A DNA stretch of 63,535 nt, filler included, from 15 parts of 15 records of this genome joined end to end with filler, not necessarily neighbours in it; one strand, 5' to 3'; counted from the whole stretch's first letter, positions 1-12,324 are shown. The notes: generated from the sequence alone by a model not told the origin. Made by a program: numbers and translations.

Positions 1-156
1 CGCTGTAGTTAAACCACAAGCCAAGAGCGGTCCACAACCGCCGACTGATCCGGCACCTCCTTAGTCGTGCTTCATGTTTGGTCGCGTTTTACTTTCTATT
101 TATTAAAATTCGATCCACGCGTTATATTCAGACCAGCGATCAGCTACACGATGTAC

Positions 157-1706
157 TTAGGATATACTCAAGTCGATGCCGTAAAGAATCGCTCCCCACA
201 ACGGCCGGCTCGCAGACCCATTACTCCAGAGCATCCCACCGTCGCTCCAGAACCCGGAGCCTGCTAGCGGGGCTGGCTGCGCGTCGGCCAGCCCGACCAT
301 CGGGACCAGCATTACTTGGCTGCTCAAGTTGCGCGCCTCTACCGTCCACGACTCGAAAGTGCCGTGCGCTTCCCAGCTCGGCTGGCAATCTGGAAACCCT
401 TCACACTGCACCAGCGCGCACACGCGCAGCCCCAGTGGTGAGGGGGTCCCGTAGAATCTGAAAGTGCGGTCCAGCGCCAGCAGAGCGTAGTTTGTGACTG
501 GCCGGCTCGTGGCGCGCACCTGCCGGCCGGCTGGATGCAGGCCGAGAATTGGGGCGCACATGCAGGCTCGCTGCGCAGTGCAGAAAGTTGTCCGAGGCAG
601 CGAGGGTGAGCATGGCTCCTGGCACCACCCTGGCGAGCGCACAGCCCACCTATGGATGGTCACGCCTCCGGCGCCAGGCGTGGCACCTGGACTGAGCCTG
701 CAAGTTGCACAGTGCACTGCTGCTGCCTGCTGGGCGAGGCACTCAGCAGAGCCGTAGGCCGGCCTGGCTGCAACGGGGGGCTGGCCGGCTGGGCGGGCAG
801 TGTGGCGACGAGCACCAGCGACTGGCCGTAGGCAGTCGAGTTAAACCAATGGCTCAGCGGGGCCCCGGCGCTGAACAGTCCTCCACCTGAGACCATCGGG
901 GACGCTCCGTTATTGGCCGCGATCAGGTTGGCCTGCCTGGCCCGGCTCCAGCCCTGCTGGGTGAGCAGCGCCGTGTTGAGTGGCGGGATGTTGCCCCAGC
1001 TGGTGCTGAATACGAAGTTGCGCACACCCGCCTGAAGCAGCTGATCCGCAGGCCCCCGGAAGTCTATATCGTAACAGATCATGAACCCAAAACGGACCCC
1101 AAACCTGCCCAGAACTCAACCGTGCCCCCGCGGCCGGCACCGAGCCTTAAACCAGACCGGGTCGGGCCGGGATGGCTGATCGAACCCTGGGCTGGTGCTG
1201 TAGATGTGGCTCTTGTGGTATTTAGCGAGCAGATTGCCGTCCTCGTCGAAAGCCACGTCCGTGTTGAACTGGAGCCGTCCGTCCGACGGGCAGCCCGGCC
1301 CAGCGCACGGCTGGACATCCGCCAGGTTGGCCACCAGCGTGATCTGGAGCTCCCGGGCGGCGCAGCTGAGCCGACGGAGCTGCGGGCTGCCGGCGAAGGC
1401 CGGGTCTGTGCAGGGCGGGGTGCTGGTGCGGGCCGGTACGGCCTCGCAGTACTGGTGGACGCTCGACCGGTTCGAGTAGGTGGCCAACCCCCAGAGGGCG
1501 GCCTCGGGCAGGACCACGATCTGGGCCCCCCGGCCGGCCGCCTGCCTCGAGAGCTGGATCAGCTGCCCTAGCGCGGTGCCGATGTTGAGGCTGGCCGAGG
1601 CTTGGGGCGCCGGCTTGCTGTACTGCACCGCCCCCGCCGTGTAGCTCGCCCCGGCCTGCACCCGCCCGCAGCACAGCGCCAGCACCAGAATCCACACCCT
1701 CGCCAT
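157..1706 (-). CDS. Secreted vanin/biotinidase-like carbon-nitrogen hydrolase (multi-exon)
   Basis: Signal peptide, IVVLPE, FNTDVAFD..LLAKYHKSH and GFMICYDI give the nitrilase E-K-C triad. A 36-nt GT-AG intron (1105-1140) joins ORFs 1116-1706 and 660-1082. A vanin-like C-terminal region continues in ORF 157-717. Confidence 0.85.
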
Positions 1707-1808
1707 GGCACCCCCTGAATTGCCGCCCGTTATTCAGTTCGGTGGCAGTTGGAAGGTCGGCGCGGCGGATTGTCGCTGTGTCAGCTGCGGTGATGCTGGG
1801 GGAGGACA

Positions 1809-2650
1809 TGATGACCGCTGGGTCTTCGCACCTTGCCGGGCCCAAGGGCCCAGACGGCGCGATGTTCGAGCGCCGGCTGCACCGCGGCCAGCGCGCCTGG
1901 AACCCCGAACCGGCCCGTCGAGCCAAAGGCGACAACCATGGGCTACCCGGTCGAGTCGTGATCACAGCACGTAACGAGGATCTCCTTCCGGGGCCGATGC
2001 ACGCCCTGCCCCTCAGCGCCGCCCCGCGCCGCGGCCCCTCCGGTGGCAGCGAACGGCTCGGCCCCGGCGGGCCAACCCGGCGTCCAGACTGGCGCACCAA
2101 GCCCAAACTGGCTCGCAGGGCGCCCCAGCCGGCCAGTCAGCTGCTGGAGGAGCTGCGGGCGGTGCCGGTGGTGCAGGTCGATCACGGGGGCGACCAGACC
2201 GGCCTGGGGGAGCTGGAACCTGGCAGCGGCCGAGGGCAGAGCTTCAGCGAGTGGCCGACGTTCGCCGACGTCCCCAAGCCGACCGGGCCAGACCTGCGGC
2301 GAGCCGAGCGGCTGGCCGAGCGGCTGACCGAGCTGGTGGGGTCTCTGACGGCGCCGTTACCGGGCGATCTGCCGATCAGCGGCCAGTGCAGCAGGCAGCG
2401 GCTGCGGAGGGGGGTGGATGGACACGGGGACCGGATGCGAGCCGGGGGGCGGGCGGTGGACAGCGTGGCGCGGCTGATGGGTGAGACCAACCGGCAGCTC
2501 TCTGCAGTAGAGAGGCAGTGGGCGATGTCCCAGCTGACGGCCAGCACGACACGGAGTGACTTTGGCAATACTCTTCCTCTGAAGGCGAAGACTCTGAAAA
2601 CGAGGGGTGACCAATCCATGAAGCTAGTGGGTCGGCTGCTGAGCTACTAG
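1809..2650 (+). CDS. Hypothetical protein
   Basis: Long ORF divergent from the vanin-like gene and followed by an AT-rich 3' region; no recognisable domain. Confidence 0.45.
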
Positions 2651-2796
2651 CCAACTGCGGCCAGCGTCTAGACAGCGTTGCGCAAGGGCTACTCGGTATG
2701 GTCTTGAGTTTTACTTTCGTTCTATTGAAATAATTGATCGGTGCGTGAATAAAAGCTACTTAGTACTTACTAGTACTGGTCATGGTAGTCAGTAGT

Positions 2797-3936
2797 TCAC
2801 ATGTCCTCGAAAGCGATCGGCGCATCGGTGGAGTTGATTGTGACATTTACACTAAACACGGCCTCCCATCGCATGCAGGCCCCCGTATCATTCCCTGTGC
2901 TGTAGCAGAACGGCCTGTGATCCTCTGTGTAGGTGTAAAACAAAGCGAACTCATCTCGCTCAAGCCAAGAAACCCCGAGCGGCGTCCTGCAGCCCCCGGG
3001 GATGGCAACCGGCCACAGCCGAGGCTGCCAGTGCACGCCGTCCTCCGAGAAGATGATCACCATCCCGCGGGTCTCGTCCATCAGCCCTGTGTGATCGCCG
3101 CCCAGCGCGTCCATAGCAGCCATCCATCCGCCCTGTGGCAGCTTGCTGACCACCGGGTTCTCGAGATACCACCAGCTGGCGTCCCCCAAGCTCTTGCTCA
3201 CCCAGCTCCACGGCCCAGTCACGCGGTCGGCCCGGATCAAGCTGACACACCCGTCGCCTTGCACGCCCGCGCGCGAGGTCAGCGCGTAGTAGCTCCCATT
3301 GATCGGCCCGTACGGATGGAACGTGTCCACTCCTAGCCCGACCGGGGTCTGAATGTCTCCATGGAACACTAGCTCGGGGACCGTCGAGTACGGCCCGGCG
3401 ATCCCGCCCGCCCCGGGTACCTGCGAGCTCAGGCTCCAGATGCTCCCGTTGTACGCCCCGTTCCCTACCACCCCCTGCTGCCCGTTGCACATGTATGCCG
3501 TGTAAAAGACCAGCCAGCGCCCCTGCTGCCTGTCGTAGAACGGGACCGGCTCCCAGACCGCCGCCTGCAGGCTGCCGAGCGCGCACCGGCCCAGCCCGAC
3601 GCTGCTCGAGTTGAGCAGCACGCCCACCCGGCGCCAGCTCAGCCGGTCCTCCGACGCCCAGTGCTCCAGCCGGGTGGCGGTGCCGTACGGGAGAGCGAAG
3701 GTGCCGGCGGTGAACAAGTGGAAGCTCCCGCCGACCCGGACGGCCTTGCCGCCCTCGAAGCCGTGCAGGTTGTCCCCGGCCCCGGGGCTGGTGTGGTTGA
3801 TCACCGATACGGGCGCCAGCGAGCCGGCCGGGGAGGCACGTGGCCAGTGCGCCATGCTGGCCGCCCCGCTGAACTGGACGCGCGGCGGGAATGCCGCCGC
3901 CGCCCCGGCCAGCCACAGCACGAATACCAGCAGCAT
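2797..3936 (-). CDS. Secreted five-bladed beta-propeller glycoside hydrolase-like protein (GH43/32/117-like clan)
   Basis: Signal peptide MLLVFVLWLAGAAAA; GFEGG, Asp-box-like S-x-D-x-x-x-W repeats (SEDRLSW, SEDGVHW), VWEP, YLENPVV. Confidence 0.65.
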   Translation of the reverse strand: MLLVFVLWLAGAAAAFPPRVQFSGAASMAHWPRASPAGSLAPVSVINHTSPGAGDNLHGFEGGKAVRVGGSFHLFTAGTFALPYGTATRLEHWASEDRLSWRRVGVLLNSSSVGLGRCALGSLQAAVWEPVPFYDRQQGRWLVFYTAYMCNGQQGVVGNGAYNGSIWSLSSQVPGAGGIAGPYSTVPELVFHGDIQTPVGLGVDTFHPYGPINGSYYALTSRAGVQGDGCVSLIRADRVTGPWSWVSKSLGDASWWYLENPVVSKLPQGGWMAAMDALGGDHTGLMDETRGMVIIFSEDGVHWQPRLWPVAIPGGCRTPLGVSWLERDEFALFYTYTEDHRPFCYSTGNDTGACMRWEAVFSVNVTINSTDAPIAFEDM

Positions 3937-4046
3937 GACGAACCGCGCGGCCACTGCCAGAGACAGCGGGCCGGCCAACTGACAGCTCGTTGGGATGCCT
4001 TGTCCGCACGACCGGGAGCGCTACCAGTGCAAGGAGTGCGGCGGGA

Positions 4047-4146
4047 NNNNNNNNNNNNNNNNNNNNNNNNNNNNNNNNNNNNNNNNNNNNTTAATTAATT
4101 AANNNNNNNNNNNNNNNNNNNNNNNNNNNNNNNNNNNNNNNNNNNN
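4047..4146. other. Artificial contig spacer (N-run TTAATTAATTAA N-run); recurs near 12.0, 15.8, 22.0, 27.1, 31.1, 34.2, 37.6, 41.3, 44.4, 47.7, 52.8, 55.9 and 59.2 kb
   Basis: Identical palindromic all-frame stop linker flanked by Ns. Confidence 0.98.
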
Positions 4147-4365
4147 GGCACCCAATCCGACTCCAAGCCCGCCAAGCACGGGCACAGGAGCCACCCGGGC
4201 AAGCCCGGAGACCTGGGCGGACGAATGGTCCGTCCTAGGCACCATGGACTGTTGGACGGCGGAGCACACGGCTCAAGCTATCCAAGATCTTGGACTTGCA
4301 CGTACACGGGGCCTGATCGATAACGATAACGGATTTTTAGCCGACCGACCCGCCTGTGTAGTAAC

Positions 4366-7061
4366 ATGGCCTCTAAGACTGACCTCGGAGTGCTGCTGCC
4401 CCCTGGACCCAAAGGGGACCGCTCGTCTACAGAGGCCGGCCGAGCCCTGTTCAGCGCCGCCATCCGAGACGTCGACCCCGCCGCCGCCGACGAGGTTGCC
4501 AAGAAATGGTCCCGTTTCGGTGCCCCTTGCCGCCCGAGCCGGCGGCCGAGCGCCGGCGGCAGGTTACGCCAAGCAGCTGCTACGCAACGTCGAGGTGCCG
4601 CCGCACAGCCCCCCCCAGGGCTCAGGCGCGGTTCAGATTTCGATGGCCCGCCCGGAAAATGCGCTCGGGGTGGCGAAGGCTGGCCTCGAATACGCGCACC
4701 AGACCTTTGAGTTCAACTGCGGCACCGAGCAGGAGCCCAAGATCGTGCCATTCGCCGAGGTGGCCGGCCAGCGCGTCGCAGGGCGAGCTCAGGGCAGGCG
4801 ATGCGGTCCGGGAAGGGCTCGTTCAGCACCGGGTGCATCGAGGGCTCGAAGGCCAAGCCGGCCGCCGGGGGCGACTTCGAGCTGACTGTGCCGTACAAGG
4901 GCCAGCTGCTGCGCGGGGACGCGCTGCTCACCCAACTGGACAAGTGGGTGCACGACGGGGTGATCGAGCTCGACTGCGGGCACGCGATCGCCAAAGTGGT
5001 TCAGAAAAGAGAATGGCTCGACCTGTCGGACAGGTGCTGGGGCGTCGTGCGGGAGGCAAGCGGCGGGCAGGTACTTCGTGCTGCTCGGTGCCTCTTCGGC
5101 GATGGGCCCGCTGCTTGTGCTGCTGGCACTCGGAGCGAATGTGATTGCTGTAGACATCTCAAACAGCATCGGTGCCGGATTCGTCGAGGGCAATTATGAG
5201 GAGGCGAAGCGCAGCCCCAAGCCCAAAGGCGGGCGAAAGGACTGGCTCGGCCCGTGGGCTGGACCGATGCCCGATGGTCGGCGTGGGCTGTTTGCTGCAG
5301 CTGAGGCCTCGTGTGGGAAGCTATACTTTCCTTTGCCAGAGGGCGCCTCCGGGCTGAACATCAACCAGCAAGCGCACCAGGCCGGCTGCGACCTGATCAG
5401 CCAGGCGCCGCAGATCAAGAACTGGCTGGTCCAGTTCTGCAAGGCTAACTGCCAAGGCAAGCAGGTGCTCACGCCTAGCCGGTCAGTTGCTCACGACGAG
5501 TGTGCAGGTTGTAGTGGGTGCGTACGCTTACCTCAACGCTGTCCAGTTCGTGCGGCTTTCGGTGGCGATGGACGGGATCATCCAGGCGATGACGGAGCAG
5601 CTCGACAACGTGGCGATTGCGTACCTGTGCACTCCAACCGACATTCATCTCGTGCCTGCAGCCTGCAAGCCTGCTATCCGGTCCAACGTGGGCCGTTCCG
5701 CCCTCTGGCAGGCACCTCGCCCACCGGCCCGGCAGCGGCTCACGCGTGGGCAGAAAATCTGCGCTGCTTTGCCAAAGATGAATAAGCCCAACCGGGTGAG
5801 GACTGTCCAGCCAACGACTGGGGGGAGCGATCCGCTGCACGCCCTCGACGCAGTTGTGCTTGACCAAGGACCAAACTACATCATGGCCAAGCGGCTACAG
5901 CACTGGCGGGCCGTTGTGGCCCGGGAGGTGTGCATCCGTGCTGCCTGTGGCTCACAGAGGGTTCAGGAGGACAAGTGCGTGGTCTCCTCAAACATTGCCC
6001 CGTCGACCGCCACGTTCAGTGTCGTCTCCAACAAGTGCGGGCAGGGCGTATGCTTGGGCTGAGACCACCGGTAGGAATTTCGCGCTGGCGTACCGCGGGA
6101 TGCACAACTTCAAGCCGATGGAGGTCTTCGAACAGGAGACGTCGAATGCTGTGATGGCGGCTCTGCTCATTTATGACATCCAGTCGCAAGATTCGGCTGC
6201 CCACCCGAGCACTCGGCTTGCCAACCCGCTTTCGCTGTTCTCGTACAACGCGTTCCACGGCGGGGCCTGGCGCTGTGGGTACAAGTTCACAACGATCGGG
6301 ATCCCGTCTGTGCTGGTGCTGCCTGGCCTGACACGGCGCTAACCTTGGCTCGACAGGCGACTCTGCTGGGCGTGCTGGTGCAATACTACCTGGTGGCCTA
6401 CAACGTCGCCCAGGCCTGCGGCTGGCTCAGCGTGCTGCTCTACACGTTTGCAGCCTACTCGGCCGGTCCGACCAACATCTGGGCCTCAGTCGGGGGTGCC
6501 CTCTACTTCTGGCAGAACCTGGCGGCGCTCGAGGTGGTGCACTCGCTCGTGGGTGCAGTGCGCGCCCCGTGGCATTCAACACTGCTCCAGATCGCCAGCC
6601 GGCTCATGGTGGTGGCGACGCTCGACTGGCTGCCAGGGCTGCAGACCAACAAGCACCTGTACGTGATCGCGTTCGCTTGGGGGATTACTGAGGCGATCCG
6701 TTACTCTTGGTACGCGCTCAACTTGCTCGGAATCAACATCAAAACATTCACTCTTATCCGATACTCAACCTTCATCCCGCTCTACCCTATCGGAGTCTAC
6801 GGAGAGCTAGCGCTGGTGATTGCTGCTGCCCCGTTGGTGTCGGAAGTCATGCTCGAGCAAACGGCGCCTTTTTTCATCAGTCAGGTCATTTTCCCGATGG
6901 CCGTCTCTTTCGGGCTGCCGCTCGCGTGGGTGTTTGGCACACTCATCCCTGCGGCATATGTGCCGGGGCTCCCATTCCTGTACAGCCACATGCTCGCCTC
7001 GCGGAACAAGGTGATTGCCAAGTTCAAGGCACAAGAGGAGCAGAAGCTCAAGTCCGACTGA
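4366..7061 (+). CDS. Fusion protein: uncharacterised Rossmann/SDR-like domain + very-long-chain 3-hydroxyacyl-CoA dehydratase (HACD/PTPLA/PHS1)
   Basis: Introns 4520-4562, 4595-4636, 4760-4797, 5034-5070, 5465-5507, (5712-5753 GC-AG), 5928-5966, 6035-6074 and 6316-6356 give one frame. The N-terminal part has FVLLGASSAMGP and GPNYIMAK. The C-terminal part has YLVAYN, LEVVHSLVG, QIASR, EAIRYSWY and RYSTFIPLYPIGVYGE (PTPLA), with a KLKSD dilysine-like end. Confidence 0.85.
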
Positions 7062-7572
7062 AACAAGTCAAGGGAGTTTATAGCTTATTTTATAGCTTAT
7101 TGTAGCGGCCACATCTGTGCACATCAAGTGCACATCAGGGTTAAACGCAGTCTTTCTCAACAAGTGAATATATTTCATGATGATGATAATAATTGATACA
7201 TGTATCGATATTGTCGACGTCGCGCTACTCGCGCATGCGCAATCGAGCACTTCAGGCACTGATCTCAGTTTGCAGGCATTCCGATTATAACCCGGGTCTG
7301 CTCATGTCTATTATCCAAGTAACCCGGGTCTAGAACCCGGGTTGCCTCTAATATGTGCCGGCGTACTCGTACGTGTAGACCCGGTTATGTGCTGCTCAAA
7401 AAACAAAGTTAGCAATATTTTATAATACCATGTATTTTTAACAGTATTTCTCACCTGCGTCAGGCTTTAATTTAAGGCGGTCGGCTCGGCTTTGTAGACT
7501 ACCAGTTTGCATAGTGCAGCCGTACCAGGGCAGGAGACGCCGTGCGGGTGCGGGCTTTGGCCAAGGCTTCAG

Positions 7573-8871
7573 ATGCCGCTCATCATGTCCTCCGGGGGGC
7601 GCATCCACTTGGACTCGTCGGTGAGTCGGCCACTCCGGCGCGGGCCCAGCCGGCTTGAGGTGTCGTCCAAACGCGGTCGATCCGGCTTGACGGACGAGCC
7701 TGCTGAGCCCGGCAGCGGCGCAAAGAGGCGCAAGTCATCCAACAAGATTGGTGGGACTCAGTGCAGCGTGCCCTTGGGGGCGATTCGTATGTGTTGACGG
7801 GCTGGCGTCCAGCTCTGCCAGGCCACGCTCAAGTATCGTGACCGCACGACCCACAAGGACGTATGCCCCGCGGTTATCGAGAAGTGCCCACGAGGTATGC
7901 AGCAGGCTGGCCCTCCTTCTCACCTGACCGCTTTCGGTGGCAGGCTGTGGGGCCAAGTGTCGCCGGGGGGAGATGCCGGATCACCTGGAGGGGAGCTGTC
8001 CGTACAAGCCGCAGAAGTGCCACCGCTGTGACGAGCTGCTCACGCCTCTGGAGAAGCAAGACCACGACAGCACGTGCCCTGGGTTCAGAGTGGCCTGCAA
8101 CCTCGGGTGCCGCCTCATGATCGCCAGACGAGACAAGTTCTCGCACGAACAGAACAGCTGCGAGTATCGTCTGGTCCCGTGCCAGCTCTGCTCTCAGAAG
8201 GTCTGTTACCTGAGACTTTCAAGATCAGACCGACCTGTTTCCAGATTGTCGCGAAAGGCCTCGAGACACACCTGCAGTCAGAGTGCCCTCGCGCCAAAAT
8301 CGAGTGTCCCAACGTGCGCACGTTGGTTCTGTGGTCGCTGAGGGTCTGCCCCAGGGCTGCGGTGCTCGTGTCCCTAGAGCCGAAATGGCAGAGCATACAC
8401 AGAAGCTCTGCCCGCTCAGGCAGGTCGACTGCGACCAGTGCGGATTTAGGATCCTGGCGAGAGACTTGAACGGCCACAAGAAAGAGCAGGTGACTGGTTC
8501 GTTCCCTGGTCTGGGCAGCATCTCGGTTGCAACCAACTGACGACCTGGGAACAGTGCCCTGAGACGCTCGTGGCCTGCCCTCTCGCACAAGACACTGGCA
8601 CGCGCGAGTCTGTCTGGCGGCTGATCGTTTCCAACGGCAGGTTGTCTGCATTTGATCAAGCGGAAAGACCTTGACCGGCACAAGAATGACCACGCACATC
8701 ACCTCACTCTGGCGTTCAAAATGATCAGGTCGGCATTGCCTTAAAGCTATTGCGTTTTTACTTCCAGTGCCTGAGTTCCTATCCGTTTCAAATAGGGACC
8801 AGCAGAAAGAGATACAGAAATTGAAAGACAGCTGCTCAAAGTGTCTCAACATTCCTGCCCAGAACCAATAG
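7573..8871 (+). CDS. TRAF-type zinc-finger repeat protein
   Basis: Repeated C-x2-C...H-x3-4-C-P units (e.g. CRRGEMPDHLEGSCPYKPQKCHRC) across several short introns, ending in a short coiled coil. Confidence 0.75.
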
Positions 8872-9351
8872 CCAGGCAATAACCATCTCGACCGTGAAGC
8901 CTGTGGAAGCTTGATACTCGGGCTTGTTCCCTTTTTCCATGTTGAGCACTATAGGCTGGACCGCGGTTCACGTCGAAGTTCGGCCAAAACAAAATTTGGT
9001 TGTTCGATTAAGCATTGACCGAGCTGCCGGTTGCGTACTTTTATTAGGAGGTCAGCAGTTTAAAAGAGAGCAGAGTTGCAGACCAAAGTCAGTCGCACCA
9101 GAACCAAAGAAAACCCTAGTACAAGGCTCTGTATAACTTCTACGTTAGAACTTTTCTACTAAGGGGAGATCCTTTGCAGAAGGGGCCGCCCGGCCGGTCA
9201 TCCTGATATGATCCTCCACAATCGCGATTGAGATTCATGTCACAATCGACTTGAGAACAAAATTAAAGACGCTTTATTACTCATTTATACTCATTCTCAT
9301 TCTTTAAATGGCTGTAGAATGGCTGTACACCCTCTAAATCAAATTCACCCA

Positions 9352-11604
9352 CTAGGCATGATTTTGCTCGGGAGCTCGGGAGTTCTTACGATTTCGATGA
9401 TGTATCAATACATCTTTATCTAGCCCGTAATCTACCAGCAGCCTGTGCAGTCGATTCACTTCAGACCTCTCGTGTCTCAAACTCTCATTGAGTCTCGTAA
9501 CCTGTCGACCACGGATCTGCTGCCGCCTCGCACGCACACACCTCGGCGTTGCTTTTGCCCAGGGCCTCCGTGACAGTCTCGAGCTTTTCTATCAGCTCAG
9601 CCCGGCCCCACTCTGACCGATCCTTGTACGCTTTAATACTCGACACCATCTTATCCTCCGCCAGCTTGTGCTGGCCTTTCGTCTCCGCCAGCTTGCTCGC
9701 CACTTTCTCCTGCTCCGCTCGCATATTCCGTTCCATTTGCTCAATCCGCTTCTCCAGCCGGCGGACCTGCACCAGACTCGCCCTCGAGCTCGGGCCTACG
9801 GACCTCGCTCTGCGATGAGTATAATACAGCGTGTTCCGTCTGAAGAGACTTTTCGTACTCAACCGCTGCCCTCTGGCCCACCTAAAGCAACTCACACTAC
9901 TAGTACGTGAGCTGGCCGCCCACCAAAGCTTCCTCGTCGAGCTGTCGCTGAAGATTCTGGTTGTCGAAATGGAGCACATTGAGCTGGCCCGATATCTGGA
10001 TGAACTTAGCACTGCAACACCCGCTGTCAGCGCACGCAACAGTGCGGGCACACTGAAACTCGGCAGTGGGTGCGCTGTGCTTCCTGCTCGTTTTCTTTGC
10101 CTTCTCCAGCTCCAAGTTTAGCACCTTCATCTCGAGTTGGTGACACAGCGTCTGGCGCCACCGGATGAGCAGCCAGGATGGTCGGGCCGCACCTCCAGCG
10201 GAACCTTGACGCTTTGGGCGGCAACCAGCTTGGCCTCCAGCTGAGTGCACTGCTCCTCGAAGCTCGAAGATCGGATCATCAGTTCCAGCTGACGCGATCT
10301 GCACGAGCACAGCTCCGCGCAGACCCGCGCATACTCCTTGTCCGCGTCGCGCCCGAGCGCTCGCGCCACCTTTGAAGACACCTGCGCCCGCTCGGTTCTG
10401 GGCACGGCCCTGTCTCGCCTGTTGCTCGGAACGCTGGTCTACACCTGAGCCCAGCACCCAGCTCGAAAAGGCATTGGCGTAGCGCCATTTGTTGAGCATG
10501 CGCGCGAAGATGCGGAGAGCCGTCCCGTCTGTCGACCTGGCCAGGCCTGGGCCAGGCATGAGGCTAGTGGCACCCTCCGATGGCACTGAGGGCAGCTTGC
10601 TTGGCGACCTCGAGCGACCGATCTGACACATTGACTTGGGCCATCTGGAGGATAATAGTCTTGCACTCGAGCAATAACTCAATGTACCGCTTGAGTTCTG
10701 TTGTCTGGACAGACGGAGCCGACCGGACTCCCGAGAGCGCGATGGCTGCTTGCCGGATTGCCCTGAATTCGGTATTGAACAGCTGATCCTCAGGTGACAG
10801 TTTTTGATCCCAATACTCTACAAACTCGGCCCGGCCCAGTCCGCTACCTCCCTCTACGCAGCTCGGCAGCTTCAGCTCCCCCCGAGCGTCAGGGCTGAGT
10901 GAGGCCTGCCACATCTGTAGCAGCTTCACCATTGAGCCTGCGCTGATGCTCGTGCCCTGGCTCTCTACGCAAAGGTCAAAAACCGACTCCAGCAGCGCGC
11001 GCCTGGACTCGGGCTCGCTGGACACAGGCTGCCCGCCCCTGGCCTCCACAGCGGCCACCCTAATTGTAGCTGCAGAGAACGGCGGCTCAAAGAGCGCGTC
11101 CACCTCGTCTACTCCCAGGCCCTCCGTCCGTCCCGCCAGCACGTTGCTTATGTGCTGCTCCAGCTGCTCCAGCCCAGCCCCCTCGCGCGTCCGCTCGTCC
11201 GAATCCGCTTCGAACGCAACCCTCGCCCTGCTGGTCAGATTCTCATGAAGCTTGGCGAGCTTGCTCCTCAGGTGCCGGTGGAGCCTACCAGTGCCGGCTA
11301 ATCTGTGGGCGATCAGCTTCGACATCAGTTGTGTTGGGGCGGTCGGCCACTGGAGCAGGTCGCCCGTTTCGGGGTCTCGCGAGACTGCCACGCCGCTGGG
11401 CATGTGCACAAGCGAATCAAGGTCCTGGTGCAGCGCGACCATCCCCTGCAAGGAGTCCCTGGTGATCTGCTCCGACAGGCTGAGCGCCTCGCGCGCCTGG
11501 ACGACCTCCTTCTCGAAGCAGGCCAGCTCCTCGTCCAGGGCCGACTGGAGCTCGCCAGCCTCCTCGCCCGGCGTGCCCTGCGCGAACTGGCCGTCCGCCC
11601 GCAT
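9352..11604 (-). CDS. Coiled-coil protein with possible degenerate EF-hand pair (multi-exon)
   Basis: ORFs 10564-11607, 10127-10405, 9485-10051 and 9352-9537 are linked by short introns and are heptad-rich. Confidence 0.55.
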
Positions 11605-11940
11605 CACGTCATCAGGTTAGCCGTGTCCTCGCGCTCCTCGCTTATGTTCCAATCCCAAACCTCCCGCACCCGCCCGACCCCCCGCTGTCGCGCGAGCTCG
11701 GCCCACCCCGTGTACAGTACTTGAATACGTATCTCTGTACAGTAATCATAATATAATCATAGATTGACGGCTGTTAGCTATGGCTAACATTTGTTAGCTG
11801 TGGCTAACGAGTCTAAGAATCGTCGGTCTGGAGGATCTAGCCGCTACTCGGTCAACCAGCTGGACGCGCATCTTCAGAGGTGAGTTGGCCGCGCGATCCA
11901 GCCGACCGCGGGCCGAGCGCTGCTGTGCCTTGGCAATGAC

Positions 11941-11998
11941 CAGACTAGCAGAACTGCACAGAGCTGCACAGAACTGCAACAGAACTGCAGCAGAACTG
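11941..11998. repeat. Short tandem repeat (CAGAACTGCA-like, ~6 copies) at contig end
   Basis: cagactagca gaactgcaca gagctgcaca gaactgcaac agaactgcag cagaactg. Confidence 0.7.
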
Positions 11999-12324
11999 NN
12001 NNNNNNNNNNNNNNNNNNNNNNNNNNNNNNNNNNNNNNNNNNTTAATTAATTAANNNNNNNNNNNNNNNNNNNNNNNNNNNNNNNNNNNNNNNNNNNNAC
12101 ACATATTAATAAACAATACCTTCCTTTTAATTTATGAAAGGTGATCAATCTTACATTGTTGAATCTTGAGCTCTTGTTCTGCTATTCTTCTTCTCTCTTT
12201 ATTATGTAGAGATACAATTCATGTACAATAGCGCTAGCTACTGTAGATCTAGCGCTACGAGCACCTACAGAGTACGCATATACCGGTGAAATGGCTGAGA
12301 TGGCTGAAAACTGAGAGGTTTGCG

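Noticed and set aside
1105-1140. In-frame TGA in the vanin-like gene as a second selenocysteine or readthrough site
   Set aside because: The TGA lies inside a clean 36-nt GT-AG intron, is not at a conserved Cys, and no SECIS was seen.
4047-4146. Regularly recurring TTAATTAATTAA palindrome
   Set aside because: Artificial scaffold linker between Ns. It also means genes on different contigs cannot be treated as a cluster or operon.
11941-11998. Repeat array as possible CRISPR
   Set aside because: 10-11-nt tandem units without spacers, no cas genes, eukaryotic context.
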